Source: a virus (Duplodnaviria > Caudoviricetes). From it: 44,829 nt of DNA. The notes under the pieces were generated by a model. The model searched no databases, was not told the origin of the DNA, and saw only the letters and a program-made list of their open reading frames with translations. Shown here piece after piece: positions 34,543 to 43,724 of the stretch. The stretch spans positions 1-44,829 of the IMG/VR virus record IMGVR_UViG_3300049983_000005; one strand, 5' to 3'. The position numbers and the translations under genes were made by a program. Within the stretch, counting starts at the first letter, position 1, and every line of letters begins with the position of its first letter.

Positions 34543-35128
34543 GTATCTCCTTTCTGTCCAGGGTCGTAGCAAACGCGTATTCAGAACTGCCGTCGTCGAC
34601 CTCCATTTCCAATACCGCGCTATTTTTCGTTACGTGGGTGTGGCAACGGATATTGATACCCCGAGGCCGTACCTGCCCGATGCGCTTTAACAACGACGTG
34701 AGAATGAGGACCTCGCCGTCGACGTGCTTTGCCGGTTGATGCTCGGCCGGGCGGAGGATTTTGGCGGTTACACGATCGACGTCGTAAATCACGAGGCCCC
34801 AGCCCGGCGGTAGCTGGTCTTCAGGTTTTACAACTCCGTCGATCGTGAAATACCACCGGTAATCGCCCATGCCGAGCCTAGCTTCGGCGCGGAAGGGTTT
34901 CTTTTTGTCCGACAAAAAATCGGAGCGCGAGGCCTTGACCTCGACCAAGTGCGTCCACATGTCATACCAGCCCAGGACGTCCGGCTCCTCCGCCGTGAGG
35001 GCTTTTATTTCTGAAACAACGACGGAGCAGCGCTGTCGATACGAAGTCCCCCCGTTAATAACGCGCGGGCCACTGCGCAGCCAGATCCGGGCTGCAGCAA
35101 CCAATTTGCCATGTTCAGTTTCCTTCAC
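34529..35128 (-). CDS. MmcB-like PD-(D/E)xK nuclease
   Basis: EEPDVLGW...VEVKASRSDFLSDKKK, R.YF, LPPGWGL; GTG 35128 overlaps the upstream TGA. Confidence 0.75.
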   Translation of the reverse strand: MKETEHGKLVAAARIWLRSGPRVINGGTSYRQRCSVVVSEIKALTAEEPDVLGWYDMWTHLVEVKASRSDFLSDKKKPFRAEARLGMGDYRWYFTIDGVVKPEDQLPPGWGLVIYDVDRVTAKILRPAEHQPAKHVDGEVLILTSLLKRIGQVRPRGINIRCHTHVTKNSAVLEMEVDDGSSEYAFATTLDRKEIHGEL

Positions 35129-35430
35129 GTTAAGGTAATGATTCTCCTCTCCTGCATGTCCGCGACCGTGGCCGTAACGACGTTGTATTGCTCCTCCGAT
35201 ATCTTGAAGAAGCAGAAGTCGCACATCCCGGGCTCGGACCAACTGCACGGCATCTGCGGGTACACAGGATGAAAGCAGGGAGTTGTATCCGTGCATCCAC
35301 AAAAGGCACATTTGACCGCGTCGCAACCCGCGCAATAAGGCCCGGCCGCGTCTGCGGCTTCAACAGTCGATATGAAGCCGCAGTTTCGACAGGTCACCTG
35401 GCGATTAGGGTCTGAAACCAGTTCATTCAT
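35125..35430 (-). CDS. Cys-rich zinc-finger protein
   Basis: CRNC, CAGC, CAFCGCT...PC, CSW....CDFC. Confidence 0.75.
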   Translation of the reverse strand: MNELVSDPNRQVTCRNCGFISTVEAADAAGPYCAGCDAVKCAFCGCTDTTPCFHPVYPQMPCSWSEPGMCDFCFFKISEEQYNVVTATVADMQERRIITLT

Positions 35431-35439
35431 CGCCGTCTC

Positions 35440-37185
35440 CTATTTCGGGTCCTTTATCTCGTATTTTTCGGCGTAGATTACCGGGATCTGCGCAGCTTTA
35501 TTGCCCTTTTCGACGGCAGCGAGATAGTCGGTATGTTTGGCCATATGCTTCTTCGGCGAAAACACAACCCTCTGTTTCGCGTCGGCGAGTCGGTAATCTA
35601 TAGAGAACTCTTCGGCCAGGCGCTGAATATAAAACTGCGATTTGTAGCTGTAGTTGTAATACATCGCATTTTCGGCGCCATGAGTAAGAAGGAAGAGGAG
35701 TTGGGCCTGTTCGATACCGGTTAAGTTATCCCGAAAACGAGCAGTCATGTCCGACAGTTTGTTAGTGGAATAAACGATCTTTTCCTTTTCACTACCGAAC
35801 ATTTCCACCATCAGAGGCTTAACGAGCTGCAGCAGAGTATCTCCCTCGCAGAGATCCCACATCCGGCCGACCAGATTGGGGAGCAGATCGATCTTCTTGC
35901 CGGTAATGACGAACGTTTGAGAGAACGCAACCGCGGCCTCTTTGAGGACCGTTCGACGAACGGCCTCGCGGACTTTAATGGTCCAGATCTCTTCCTTTCG
36001 CTGTCGGAATTTTTCCTTCTCGCCCTCACTTTTCTCGCCGGTCGACGACGATGAACTGCTGGAGCTGCTGATTTTGTGCTTCTTGCAGCTTTTGTCGCGG
36101 CAGAACAACGTCTTCTGTCCGGCCCGATCACCATCGGGGATCACACCCGTTTCAGCGTAATCACAGGTATCCTTCTTAGCCGTAAAAAATTCCGCGTCGT
36201 AGTAATTCAGCGCCTTTGGATATTTGTTATCCCGTCCGTAGCTGTGCGGCCTAACGAGGGGCGCTTCATAGCCTTCAGGCTTGCCGGCGCGTATAGCTGC
36301 CGACGTGACCTCTGTCCGTGTAATTTGGACGAACATGTCAACCTTTTTCCCGTAACAGGCCTGGTTGAGGCACCGGTCGTCTTTCGCGTCCGCTTCATCG
36401 AACAAGGTCGGATTCGCTCCGGTCCTCTCCGGGCAATCAACACACGCGAGGCCCGATGGAAGGAGGTTGGTAGCTTTGAGGCTGAACGACGCCTTGGAAA
36501 GCTTTAGCTGTACGGTTCGTTCGATGTTGTCCCGAAATTGCTTTAGCGAAACAGTGCCAGACCAATTGGTAAGACAGTTTTTGAGGATGACCTTTTGGGA
36601 TTCGACGGGGTATTTCGCCATCTCCATCGCATGCCCGATCGGAAGCTCGGCGGCGTTAAGCATTTTGAAAGCAGCCGCGGTTAAGGAGTTTAGCTTCAGA
36701 CGGCCAAGAACGTGCTTTTCGGTTTTGCCGACCTTCAGGGCGATCTCCGCGATATCGATCTTTAGTTTTTCGTGTAGATATTTGTAACTGGTTGCCTCGT
36801 CGAGCGGATGAACGTCCTCGCGCTGAAGGTTCTCGAGCAGCTGTATCTCGGCCGCGTCCTGGTCCGAGATCTCGCGGACAACAGCCGTTATTGTCTTCGC
36901 TCCCGCCATTCCGGAAGCTATCCAGCGACGCTCGCCGGCGACGAGCTCGAATCCGTCCTTTATGAAGCGAACGGTGATCGGGCTGATCACTCCTTTCTGC
37001 GCGATGCTGGCGGCGAGCTCTTTAAGTTTTTCCGGATCGAACCGCGCGCGCCGGTTTTTCTGCGGTGTTAGCGATGATGGTTTTATATCGGTCAGTAAAA
37101 TGTCGACCGTGGCTGATACCGGTACCGTCTTTCCGTTCGTCGACGGCGCTGTCGTTGGCGCCTGCTGGATAACCTCTTTTCCCAT
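35440..37185 (-). CDS. ParB/Spo0J-domain protein (long, PRTRC-ParB-like)
   Basis: LKELAASI...GVISPITVR, LVAGERRW, ENLQRED, HTH, CVDCPERTG...C....C. Confidence 0.9.
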   Translation of the reverse strand: MGKEVIQQAPTTAPSTNGKTVPVSATVDILLTDIKPSSLTPQKNRRARFDPEKLKELAASIAQKGVISPITVRFIKDGFELVAGERRWIASGMAGAKTITAVVREISDQDAAEIQLLENLQREDVHPLDEATSYKYLHEKLKIDIAEIALKVGKTEKHVLGRLKLNSLTAAAFKMLNAAELPIGHAMEMAKYPVESQKVILKNCLTNWSGTVSLKQFRDNIERTVQLKLSKASFSLKATNLLPSGLACVDCPERTGANPTLFDEADAKDDRCLNQACYGKKVDMFVQITRTEVTSAAIRAGKPEGYEAPLVRPHSYGRDNKYPKALNYYDAEFFTAKKDTCDYAETGVIPDGDRAGQKTLFCRDKSCKKHKISSSSSSSSSTGEKSEGEKEKFRQRKEEIWTIKVREAVRRTVLKEAAVAFSQTFVITGKKIDLLPNLVGRMWDLCEGDTLLQLVKPLMVEMFGSEKEKIVYSTNKLSDMTARFRDNLTGIEQAQLLFLLTHGAENAMYYNYSYKSQFYIQRLAEEFSIDYRLADAKQRVVFSPKKHMAKHTDYLAAVEKGNKAAQIPVIYAEKYEIKDPK

Positions 37186-37200
37186 AAATATGCTTTCTCC

Positions 37201-37824
37201 TTATTTTTTCTCCGTATCGTCTTCGTCGATCTCCGTCGAGATCTTCTCCTTTTCAAAAGTGATCGTTACTTTCACCCCGCCGGCGCGGTAGACGCGCTTG
37301 CCTTTATCGTCGGGTTCGCTGAAATACTTGATATTGCCGTGGGCGAGTTTTGAGAGATTTTCCTGACCGGCGATAAGCGCGTCCCGCGCCGAAGCGAAGT
37401 CCGGCTTTAAGATCCGTTCGATCTCGAAGACCTGGTCAATAATAGGCTGGATAACAGGCGGTATTTTGGGCGCCATGCCTTTGAGAAATTTCTGCTTGTT
37501 TACGTCTTCTTCAAGATCGGTAAATTCTTCATCGATTTCGGATTCCGCCGCGGCCGCGTCATGCGAAAGGACCTCGAAGTCGGTATCTTCCGTGACCGCG
37601 TCCGCAGCGCCGGCGACGGTAATGTTGCCGGCGACGATCGCGTCGTGAAGCAAAGCCTGCGTCCTGCAGGGACCGAAGCGACGATCTCCTAAGACCTCAT
37701 AGGCGACCCATCCGCTTTTTAATTTCTCCGCACGGTAGCCGAGTTGTTTGATAACGTCGGGAAGATCGCTCTGCGCGACCTTTTTCGTCCGATCTTCCTT
37801 GCTTTTTGTAGCAGCTGCTTTCAT
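37201..37824 (-). CDS. Hypothetical protein
   Basis: 207-aa ORF with coupled start and AAGGAG SD. Confidence 0.7.
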   Translation of the reverse strand: MKAAATKSKEDRTKKVAQSDLPDVIKQLGYRAEKLKSGWVAYEVLGDRRFGPCRTQALLHDAIVAGNITVAGAADAVTEDTDFEVLSHDAAAAESEIDEEFTDLEEDVNKQKFLKGMAPKIPPVIQPIIDQVFEIERILKPDFASARDALIAGQENLSKLAHGNIKYFSEPDDKGKRVYRAGGVKVTITFEKEKISTEIDEDDTEKK

Positions 37825-38501
37825 TTGATTAACTCCTTTTCAAGAAGGCTTTTAGCCTTCTGTAATTTCACGAATAGCTCGTGATTACCTGTTTGTTGAT
37901 TGTCCGGATGAAGCTTGCGGACGGCCTTTTTATAGGCGGCTTCGAACTTACCCGCGGCATTTGTAATTACCGCGGCCGAATAGTCGGAATGTTCTGAGAG
38001 AAAATCCGTAGCAGCCTTGACGTCGAATTCGAGCGGGTCGCCCGGGGGAAGTGTTTTGTAGCCTTCATAATGAGCCCCGGCCTTTCCGCCTCCGGAGACT
38101 CCGTAACGATTAATCTTGCGAAGGGCCTCCATGGCATCCGCGATAGCGCGCACGTTCGCTTTCCAGTCAACGAACTGGTCGCATTCGAAGGACATTGGTA
38201 CATACCGTGCTTGCCCGTTCGTGAGTTTTTCGTACCGGTCGAATCTGACTACTACGCCCGGATGCTCGGCGTTACGGGCATCTGCCCTAAGCTTCCCGTC
38301 GTTCCGCACGTCGTACGGAGCGTGGCCGGTCAGGATCACGACCGATCCGTGCCGATAGCCGAGCATCCTAAGTTCGCGTTCGAGGAGCTCCTGGACCTGT
38401 TTCCACGTCTTACCGAAGCGTGAATAGTCCCGCTGATCGCGCGGCGTCAATTTACGAGGGAATTTCCCTTGTAGCGATTGAAATCTATATTCCAAAGTCA
38501 T
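37821..38501 (-). CDS. Phage protein with C-terminal J-domain
   Basis: AYKKAVRKLHPD...F.KLQKA; N-domain CD....NVRAIA..EALR.I.RYG. Confidence 0.8.
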   Translation of the reverse strand: MTLEYRFQSLQGKFPRKLTPRDQRDYSRFGKTWKQVQELLERELRMLGYRHGSVVILTGHAPYDVRNDGKLRADARNAEHPGVVVRFDRYEKLTNGQARYVPMSFECDQFVDWKANVRAIADAMEALRKINRYGVSGGGKAGAHYEGYKTLPPGDPLEFDVKAATDFLSEHSDYSAAVITNAAGKFEAAYKKAVRKLHPDNQQTGNHELFVKLQKAKSLLEKELIK

Positions 38502-38755
38502 TGTTTGGCCCTCTCCTTCTTCGCAAATTTCTTCGCAAACTCGCAGGTCGCGAAATGGTTGATATAAAGGTTTTTGCCCTCCACCCTTGCCGTTTCCTTT
38601 TCTTCGTCGGTCGCTTGCCGGTAAAGGCCTTTCTCCCGGCTGATTACTAAATTTCCGTCAGGATGCGGAGCGGCCTCGATCGGCGCCGGCTTATTCGTCG
38701 TGGCATGCTTTAGCCAGATGATCTCCGTAACACATCGCCGGCACTGGAAAGGCAT
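38498..38755 (-). CDS. Small Zn-binding phage protein
   Basis: CRRC..IIWL..P.E and HFATC motifs. Confidence 0.75.
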   Translation of the reverse strand: MPFQCRRCVTEIIWLKHATTNKPAPIEAAPHPDGNLVISREKGLYRQATDEEKETARVEGKNLYINHFATCEFAKKFAKKERAKQ

Positions 38756-39165
38756 CAGCCTCGCCCTCCTTGAATCGGTATCAGCTGGAAAACGGCGCTT
38801 GGCTTTGCACGGCGGCCGCCATAAACGATCGTCGCTCTCGGGATAACCGTGTAATCGTCGTCGGGAATGATGTGTTTCAGAACCAGCTGGTCGAGCGCGT
38901 GCTTGATGCTCAGATTGTGAACGTCGCGTTTTTTCGCGTCGGAATAATAGACCGTAAGGATGGCTTCGACCGGGCCCTTAAACAGCGGTCGGGTTTTCGT
39001 CGGGCTCGGGCTTACCCTGGCCTTCCGCAGCGCCTGGTAGACAAGAATGGCGATCTCGTCCTTGATCTTCCTCTTTACGGAGATACGATCTGTGCGGCTC
39101 ATGCTGTCGAGCTCGTTGTCAGATGGAAAGGCCTGAATACCTGTTTCGATTGAAAAGGAGTCCAT
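38755..39165 (-). CDS. rusA: RusA-family Holliday junction resolvase
   Basis: RDVHNL.IK..LD.L....I.DDD motif. Confidence 0.75.
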   Translation of the reverse strand: MDSFSIETGIQAFPSDNELDSMSRTDRISVKRKIKDEIAILVYQALRKARVSPSPTKTRPLFKGPVEAILTVYYSDAKKRDVHNLSIKHALDQLVLKHIIPDDDYTVIPRATIVYGGRRAKPSAVFQLIPIQGGRG

Positions 39166-39168
39166 AGA

Positions 39169-39903
39169 TCAAACCTCCTCCGTTTCGAGGCCTCGAAGGA
39201 TCTCGCGTTTTTGCGCGACCGTAAGATCTTCCGCCCGAACGTTGAGTTTCTTTTTCACCGCGGCCGCGTAGGTCATAGGGCGCTCTTTCGCGGTCCAGAG
39301 CCTTGAAATCAGTTCATCGAGACGGTCGTGTTCAGCTGAAGGCTCGAGTCCGCTTTGGTCCGAACGTCCGGCTCCGCCGTTCGCTGGCGGGTGGTCGATG
39401 GTCTGGATTGTTTGAACTTCCACGCCGAGGCGCTTTTGGAGCTCGAAGAGCAGCGCGAACCAGTCTCGGCTATCGTTTCGCTCCGGCCACAGCTTCAGAC
39501 AGGTCCTCGGGTTGAATACATCGCAGAAGACCACCTTACCCTCTTTCCCCTGGTTGGCGACGACGGAGATCGGGGCGCGGAGATCGTCGAGTATCTCGAG
39601 CGCAGAAAGCAGGCCGCGGGCGAAATTCGTGTCGATACCGCTTCGGATCACGTACGGGCGATCGCCGCGGATAGTAACGTCGACCTTGTAAGCGACCCCG
39701 CGCCGGCTGTCCTTCCGGACGCCTTTAACGTTTGTCACGTAGCCGGTAATGCAGGGTTCGAAGATCGGGACGCGATGGTTCTCGCCGTCCAGCTGGTACC
39801 AGGAGTAATTAGGTCCCGCCTCGCCGTCGTTACCGCCGACAAAAACGAACATCGTATCGGGCGATTGGCCAAGTCCGAAATTTATTGGAATTTCATAGGT
39901 CAT
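39169..39903 (-). CDS. Hypothetical protein
   Basis: Long ORF in the early operon; ATG 39903 preferred because the upstream GTG lies in a hairpin. Confidence 0.7.
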   Translation of the reverse strand: MTYEIPINFGLGQSPDTMFVFVGGNDGEAGPNYSWYQLDGENHRVPIFEPCITGYVTNVKGVRKDSRRGVAYKVDVTIRGDRPYVIRSGIDTNFARGLLSALEILDDLRAPISVVANQGKEGKVVFCDVFNPRTCLKLWPERNDSRDWFALLFELQKRLGVEVQTIQTIDHPPANGGAGRSDQSGLEPSAEHDRLDELISRLWTAKERPMTYAAAVKKKLNVRAEDLTVAQKREILRGLETEEV

Positions 39904-39993
39904 AAAAACATTTGGGGGTGCGGGGCGAACGTCTCCCACCACGTCCGCCCTTTTTCGCGCTCGATACCGGAGAAGCTCGAGCCGCGAAACTTG

Positions 39994-40398
39994 TTAGGCC
40001 CTCGCCGGCCTGTTTACTCTGGCGATAGACCTGGCCGCTTCTCCCGCAGTTTGCGATAGCTCCGCGATCCGCTTGTCGACGAGGCTTCTGAATCCCGGGG
40101 AGCCGGTGTTCATCTGCTCGCATTCAGCTTTCATCACCTGGTAAGCCACGAGCTCGGAGCTGAAGGTAGTGTCGAGGAGGGTCGCCCAGTGCCCGGGACG
40201 GCAGATGCACCATTCCGGGCCGCGGAGATAAGGAAAGATCATTGGTAAGTCGATATCGATCTTCTCGAGATACGGATCCGCGTCGCCGTTCTCTTTGCGC
40301 CAGACGTGGACCGTTGCAGGGCCGGTGATCACGAAGCCGTCCCGGGTGATCATGTGCTTCATCGGGCCATGCGGTTCGTTATAGTCTTCAGGTGTCAT
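39994..40398 (-). CDS. Hypothetical protein
   Basis: Coupled start (ATGA). Confidence 0.6.
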   Translation of the reverse strand: MTPEDYNEPHGPMKHMITRDGFVITGPATVHVWRKENGDADPYLEKIDIDLPMIFPYLRGPEWCICRPGHWATLLDTTFSSELVAYQVMKAECEQMNTGSPGFRSLVDKRIAELSQTAGEAARSIARVNRPARA

Positions 40399-40700
40399 CC
40401 CTGCCCCCGTAATCCTGTTTTGTCGACAAATCCCTTGATGGCCGTTATATCGCGATCCATTTCGTTCGGGCTGCGGTAGGTCTGTATAAGCGAGATAAAC
40501 ATCCGTTCGAGATATGGCGCGATGGCCCTATAGGTCCTTTCTTCCGACTCGGCGTCTTCATCCGGCATTTCCTCGCACGCTACCCGAATCTCCTGAATCG
40601 CTTTCAATACGGCGCCAGTCCGCCGGAACAGGTTCTTTATTTCTTTGGCGTCGGCCAGTGTATCGGCTATTACCAGAACTTTGATATCGAGATCGTCCAT
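40395..40700 (-). CDS. Hypothetical protein
   Basis: ATG 40700 after a GGGA SD. Confidence 0.65.
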   Translation of the reverse strand: MDDLDIKVLVIADTLADAKEIKNLFRRTGAVLKAIQEIRVACEEMPDEDAESEERTYRAIAPYLERMFISLIQTYRSPNEMDRDITAIKGFVDKTGLRGQG

Positions 40701-40710
40701 AAAAATATCC

Positions 40711-40974
40711 CTACCAGGGCAGTTCGCCTCTAAACACACCGGACACGGCCAGCAGGAGGATCACGGCTCCGACCCACGCGAAAGCGATCCAGAACCGTCG
40801 CGCCTTTTCCTTACGCTCCTGGCGCCGCGACTCTTCCAGGACGATCGGAACGCAACGCGCGCAGGTGGCGTTGCGGTTGACCACGCGAACGACATGGCAG
40901 CCGGCGCACAAATAAACATTTGCTGAATGACCGGGGAAATCGACAACTCTCTTTTTGGTTTGAAGATTTTGCAT
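40711..40974 (-). CDS. Small Zn-finger membrane protein
   Basis: CAGC..CARC followed by a basic stretch and a C-terminal TM. Confidence 0.65.
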   Translation of the reverse strand: MQNLQTKKRVVDFPGHSANVYLCAGCHVVRVVNRNATCARCVPIVLEESRRQERKEKARRFWIAFAWVGAVILLLAVSGVFRGELPW

Positions 40975-41161
40975 ATTGTTTTCGGGGGTCTTTATGGTCC
41001 GGGCAGCCAACTTCCCTGCCCGGACCGTTTGTAACTCCTACCCTGGATCGGTTTTTAATGCCCTTCCCCTTGATCGAAAAGTTTGGAAGCGGCCTTGCTG
41101 TCCCCCAACCTGACCGCCTCCTCCGGAGCATGCTCTTGGCGTAGAGCGTCTCCTGGATCTG

Positions 41162-41617
41162 TTACGCCACGTTTACCGACTGCCCGCGCCGCAGATGCGT
41201 CTCGAGCCGGTCGAGAGTCTCCCGCTCCTTGTCGATCGCGCCCTGGATCTCGACGCCCTCCCGCTCGTCGATCTTGCCGTCCTGCAGGGCGTCGACGAGC
41301 TTCGCCGTCGTATCGGCATCGCTCTTGATCTTCTCCGCCAGGCATTCGATCGCCGTTTGGTCCGGCCGCACTTTCGTGTATTTTGCTTTGACGGCCTCGA
41401 ACCAGTTATCCCAATGACCGACCGGCGCGCCGGCGCGGACACATGCTGCGTATAGGTGCATAAACTGCGCGAACCTGTCAGGCTCCGTATCGGCGAGGAT
41501 CGCGTAAATATATGACGGGGTCTTGTCCAGCTCGAACGCGATCGGCTTAACGTGGCCCGTTAGAACGAGTCTTGTCTGGTCCGACAATGAATAGGTTTGC
41601 CTCATGTAATCGTTCAC
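41162..41617 (-). CDS. CII-like regulatory protein (186/CP76 type)
   Basis: N-terminal HTH (VKPIAFELDKTPSYIY), C-terminal ALQDGKIDEREG motif; position after the cro-equivalent. Confidence 0.7.
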   Translation of the reverse strand: MNDYMRQTYSLSDQTRLVLTGHVKPIAFELDKTPSYIYAILADTEPDRFAQFMHLYAACVRAGAPVGHWDNWFEAVKAKYTKVRPDQTAIECLAEKIKSDADTTAKLVDALQDGKIDEREGVEIQGAIDKERETLDRLETHLRRGQSVNVA

Positions 41618-41693
41618 TTGAAAACTCCCCGGAAAATTCTAGTGACGAGTGGGAGTCCGTCCTTGTAATCTCGAATTGAAAGATCGTTCTTTG

Positions 41694-41747
41694 AAAATTA
41701 AAAGGCCGGGTAGAAAAGGCAGTGCTATCTACATCCCTGCCCGGCCT
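41694..41747 (-). terminator. tR1-like terminator after the cro-position gene
   Basis: AGGCCGGGCAG...CTACCCGGCCT followed by TTTAATTTT on the minus strand. Confidence 0.55.
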
Positions 41748-41788
41748 GCCGTGGAATAAAGCCCGTAGGCTTCCCCCTTGAAAAACTG

Positions 41789-41968
41789 TTACTCGACGAC
41801 TGCGAGGTCCGGCTCGTTGAGAGTTTCTTTGAGTGCCGCCACCTTTTCTTTGATCGCCTCGCGGATAATCTGCGATTGCGAGAGCTCCGTCTGTTCCGAG
41901 ACCTCTTTCAAATCCTGAATAAGATCGTCACTCAGTCGAACGTTTGTTAATTTTTTCGCTGTCTTCAT
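41789..41968 (-). CDS. Ribbon-helix-helix regulator (cro position)
   Basis: KLTNVRLSDDLIQDLKEVSEQTELSQSQIIREAIKE: beta strand plus two helices, CopG/Arc pattern. Confidence 0.85.
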   Translation of the reverse strand: MKTAKKLTNVRLSDDLIQDLKEVSEQTELSQSQIIREAIKEKVAALKETLNEPDLAVVE

Positions 41969-41978
41969 TTGTTTTGGT

Positions 41979-42047
41979 GTCAAGAAATTTGCTTTACATT
42001 TACTTGACGTTTCCGAGCGTAAAGCATATGTAAAGCATATGTCAAGC
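41979..42047. promoter_or_regulatory. Operator/promoter region of the genetic switch
   Basis: GT(A/C)AAG(C/T) at 42019, 42030 and 42041, inverted at 41991 and 42002; minus-strand TTGACA-N18-TACGCT and plus-strand TTGACG-N17-TATGTA. Confidence 0.75.
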
Positions 42048-42090
42048 GCAAAGTTGAGGTTTTATTATCTTTTTTTCTCGAGGTGGATAT

Positions 42091-42381
42091 ATGCTTGCTT
42101 TCGTGGTAGTCAAAAAGGCGATTTTGAATTTAAGGCTCGATCCGAACGTCCGGGATGAATTTGCCCTCGCGGCCAGATTGCGGGGCGCTTCCATGTCCGG
42201 GCTTCTACATCAATTTATCGTGAGAACAATCAGAGAGGAAAAGGCTGAATATCCCCGTGAATTTACGGCGATTAGACCCGCGACGCAGGATATGGCATTA
42301 ATCGGAAGTTCCGATATTGACCCCGACGATAAGAATGCGATAAGGGAAAAACTCGACGAGAGCAAAGAGGATCCTGAATGA
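42091..42381 (+). CDS. Ribbon-helix-helix regulator (cI/repressor position)
   Basis: AILNLRLDPNVRDEFALAARLRGASMSGLLHQFIVRTI RHH pattern plus acidic C-terminal tail; no S24 peptidase domain. Confidence 0.8.
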   Translation: MLAFVVVKKAILNLRLDPNVRDEFALAARLRGASMSGLLHQFIVRTIREEKAEYPREFTAIRPATQDMALIGSSDIDPDDKNAIREKLDESKEDPE

Positions 42382-42932
42382 AAATACTGCTTCCCTTAAT
42401 TCTAGCTCTGATGGGCGGGTCGACGGTCTATGCACAGGCGATACACACCCGTGTCGCCACATTACCGAATTCAAAAAAATATGTCGTGACGTACGATAGG
42501 TTCACGGATACCACCCGCGTCTCAGTCAAGTTCAACGCGAGGCGTACAAAATCAAGTCGCGCGAATAATAGCATGATTATTGCCAAGGCGTATCTGGAGT
42601 TCAAAGGAACAGAGTGGGCGCCTGTTGACCAATATTATTTGGAATTTTACGCAGCATGCGCCGGCGCGTGTTACGAGGAAAATCACAAGCTCATTTTCCT
42701 TATAGGCGAGGAGCGCATTTCAATGCCAGAAGGCACCTATATAAAAGATCCTCGGGGTAACTATCCGAAGAGCCTAACGTACGAAACAATGACCTTCGCA
42801 GCTGGTCTGGAAACAATAAAGAAGATAATTAACGGGCCGCAAACAGAGTTTCGGCTCGGGAATTACGACGGTATTTTCGATGCGGATGATCGCGCCGATA
42901 TTGCTAATATCGTAAAACTCGGAGAGAAATAA
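42378..42932 (+). CDS. Secreted protein in the immunity operon (superinfection-exclusion candidate)
   Basis: Sec signal MKILLPLILALMGGSTVYA; YDRFTDTT motif; coupled to the repressor gene. Confidence 0.75.
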   Translation: MKILLPLILALMGGSTVYAQAIHTRVATLPNSKKYVVTYDRFTDTTRVSVKFNARRTKSSRANNSMIIAKAYLEFKGTEWAPVDQYYLEFYAACAGACYEENHKLIFLIGEERISMPEGTYIKDPRGNYPKSLTYETMTFAAGLETIKKIINGPQTEFRLGNYDGIFDADDRADIANIVKLGEK

Positions 42933-43004
42933 CACTCATTTCTAGGCCGCGGCGGATTGAAAACACAAAATCGGCAGCTCCCGCGCATTCTCCCTATTTA
43001 AAGA

Positions 43005-43424
43005 ATGCGTTTGGCTTTTGAAAAACTGAAAACGCTGATTCCCGCGTTAAACATTCGTCCGCTTACGGAGGCCGACTTCTGGTTCGCGGCCGAGAGGTAC
43101 GATATCCAGGTCTTTGAGATCCCGCTCAAGAATAATGGCTATTACGTTTACGAGGACGAGCGCGACTATATCTTCCTGAAGGCGACGCTCAAAGGGATCC
43201 TCTGGCTCGAGACGGCCAACCACGAGCTCATGCACGCGTTGCTCCATCATCCGAACGAGGGGATCCACGACCGGCAGCAGGCCGAGGCCGATGCCCTGGC
43301 GCTGATCTGCATGATGCCGATCGGCGATCTGGAAGATTTGTCGCACTCCGCGGATTCAATGGACCATGATCACTACCACCTATATCAGCAGCGGATGGTT
43401 GTTTACAAGAAATACGGCTTATGA
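43005..43424 (+). CDS. ImmA/IrrE-family metallopeptidase
   Basis: HELMHALLH (HExxH) and AEADALA..CMMP motifs. Confidence 0.85.
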   Translation: MRLAFEKLKTLIPALNIRPLTEADFWFAAERYDIQVFEIPLKNNGYYVYEDERDYIFLKATLKGILWLETANHELMHALLHHPNEGIHDRQQAEADALALICMMPIGDLEDLSHSADSMDHDHYHLYQQRMVVYKKYGL

Positions 43425-43505
43425 TATTCTTTTTTCGCTATCTACAATCCTGCCCGAAGTTTCAAGGGAAACTTAAAGCCTGTCGTGCAAACGGTGGGTT
43501 TTTCT

Positions 43506-43724
43506 ATGGATGCAGTAACAGACGCCCCGCGCGTCAAACTTATCAAAATAGAGGATGCGGCCGAACTCGTCGGCTGCGACGTTTCAGTGATCAATTCACT
43601 GGTAAAGGAATCGCGCTCGAACGGCTTTCCGTCTGCTCGCTTCGGCCCGCGGACGATCCGCATAGACGAAAACAGACTGATCGATTGGATTATTAACGGC
43701 GGTCTTGATGGCGTCAATAGTTAA
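43506..43724 (+). CDS. Excisionase-like HTH protein
   Basis: LIKIEDAAELVGC...FPSARFGPRTIRID..L.DWI; overlaps the integrase start. Confidence 0.85.
   Translation: MDAVTDAPRVKLIKIEDAAELVGCDVSVINSLVKESRSNGFPSARFGPRTIRIDENRLIDWIINGGLDGVNS

Noticed and set aside
4887-41455. Numerous plus-strand and nested ORFs of 60-311 aa within phage genes
   Set aside because: Antisense or alternate-frame artefacts of GC-rich coding DNA, with no motifs or SDs
41789-42381. Toxin-antitoxin interpretation of the RHH genes
   Set aside because: No cognate toxin adjacent; position at the operon divergence with a downstream CII-like gene fits a switch
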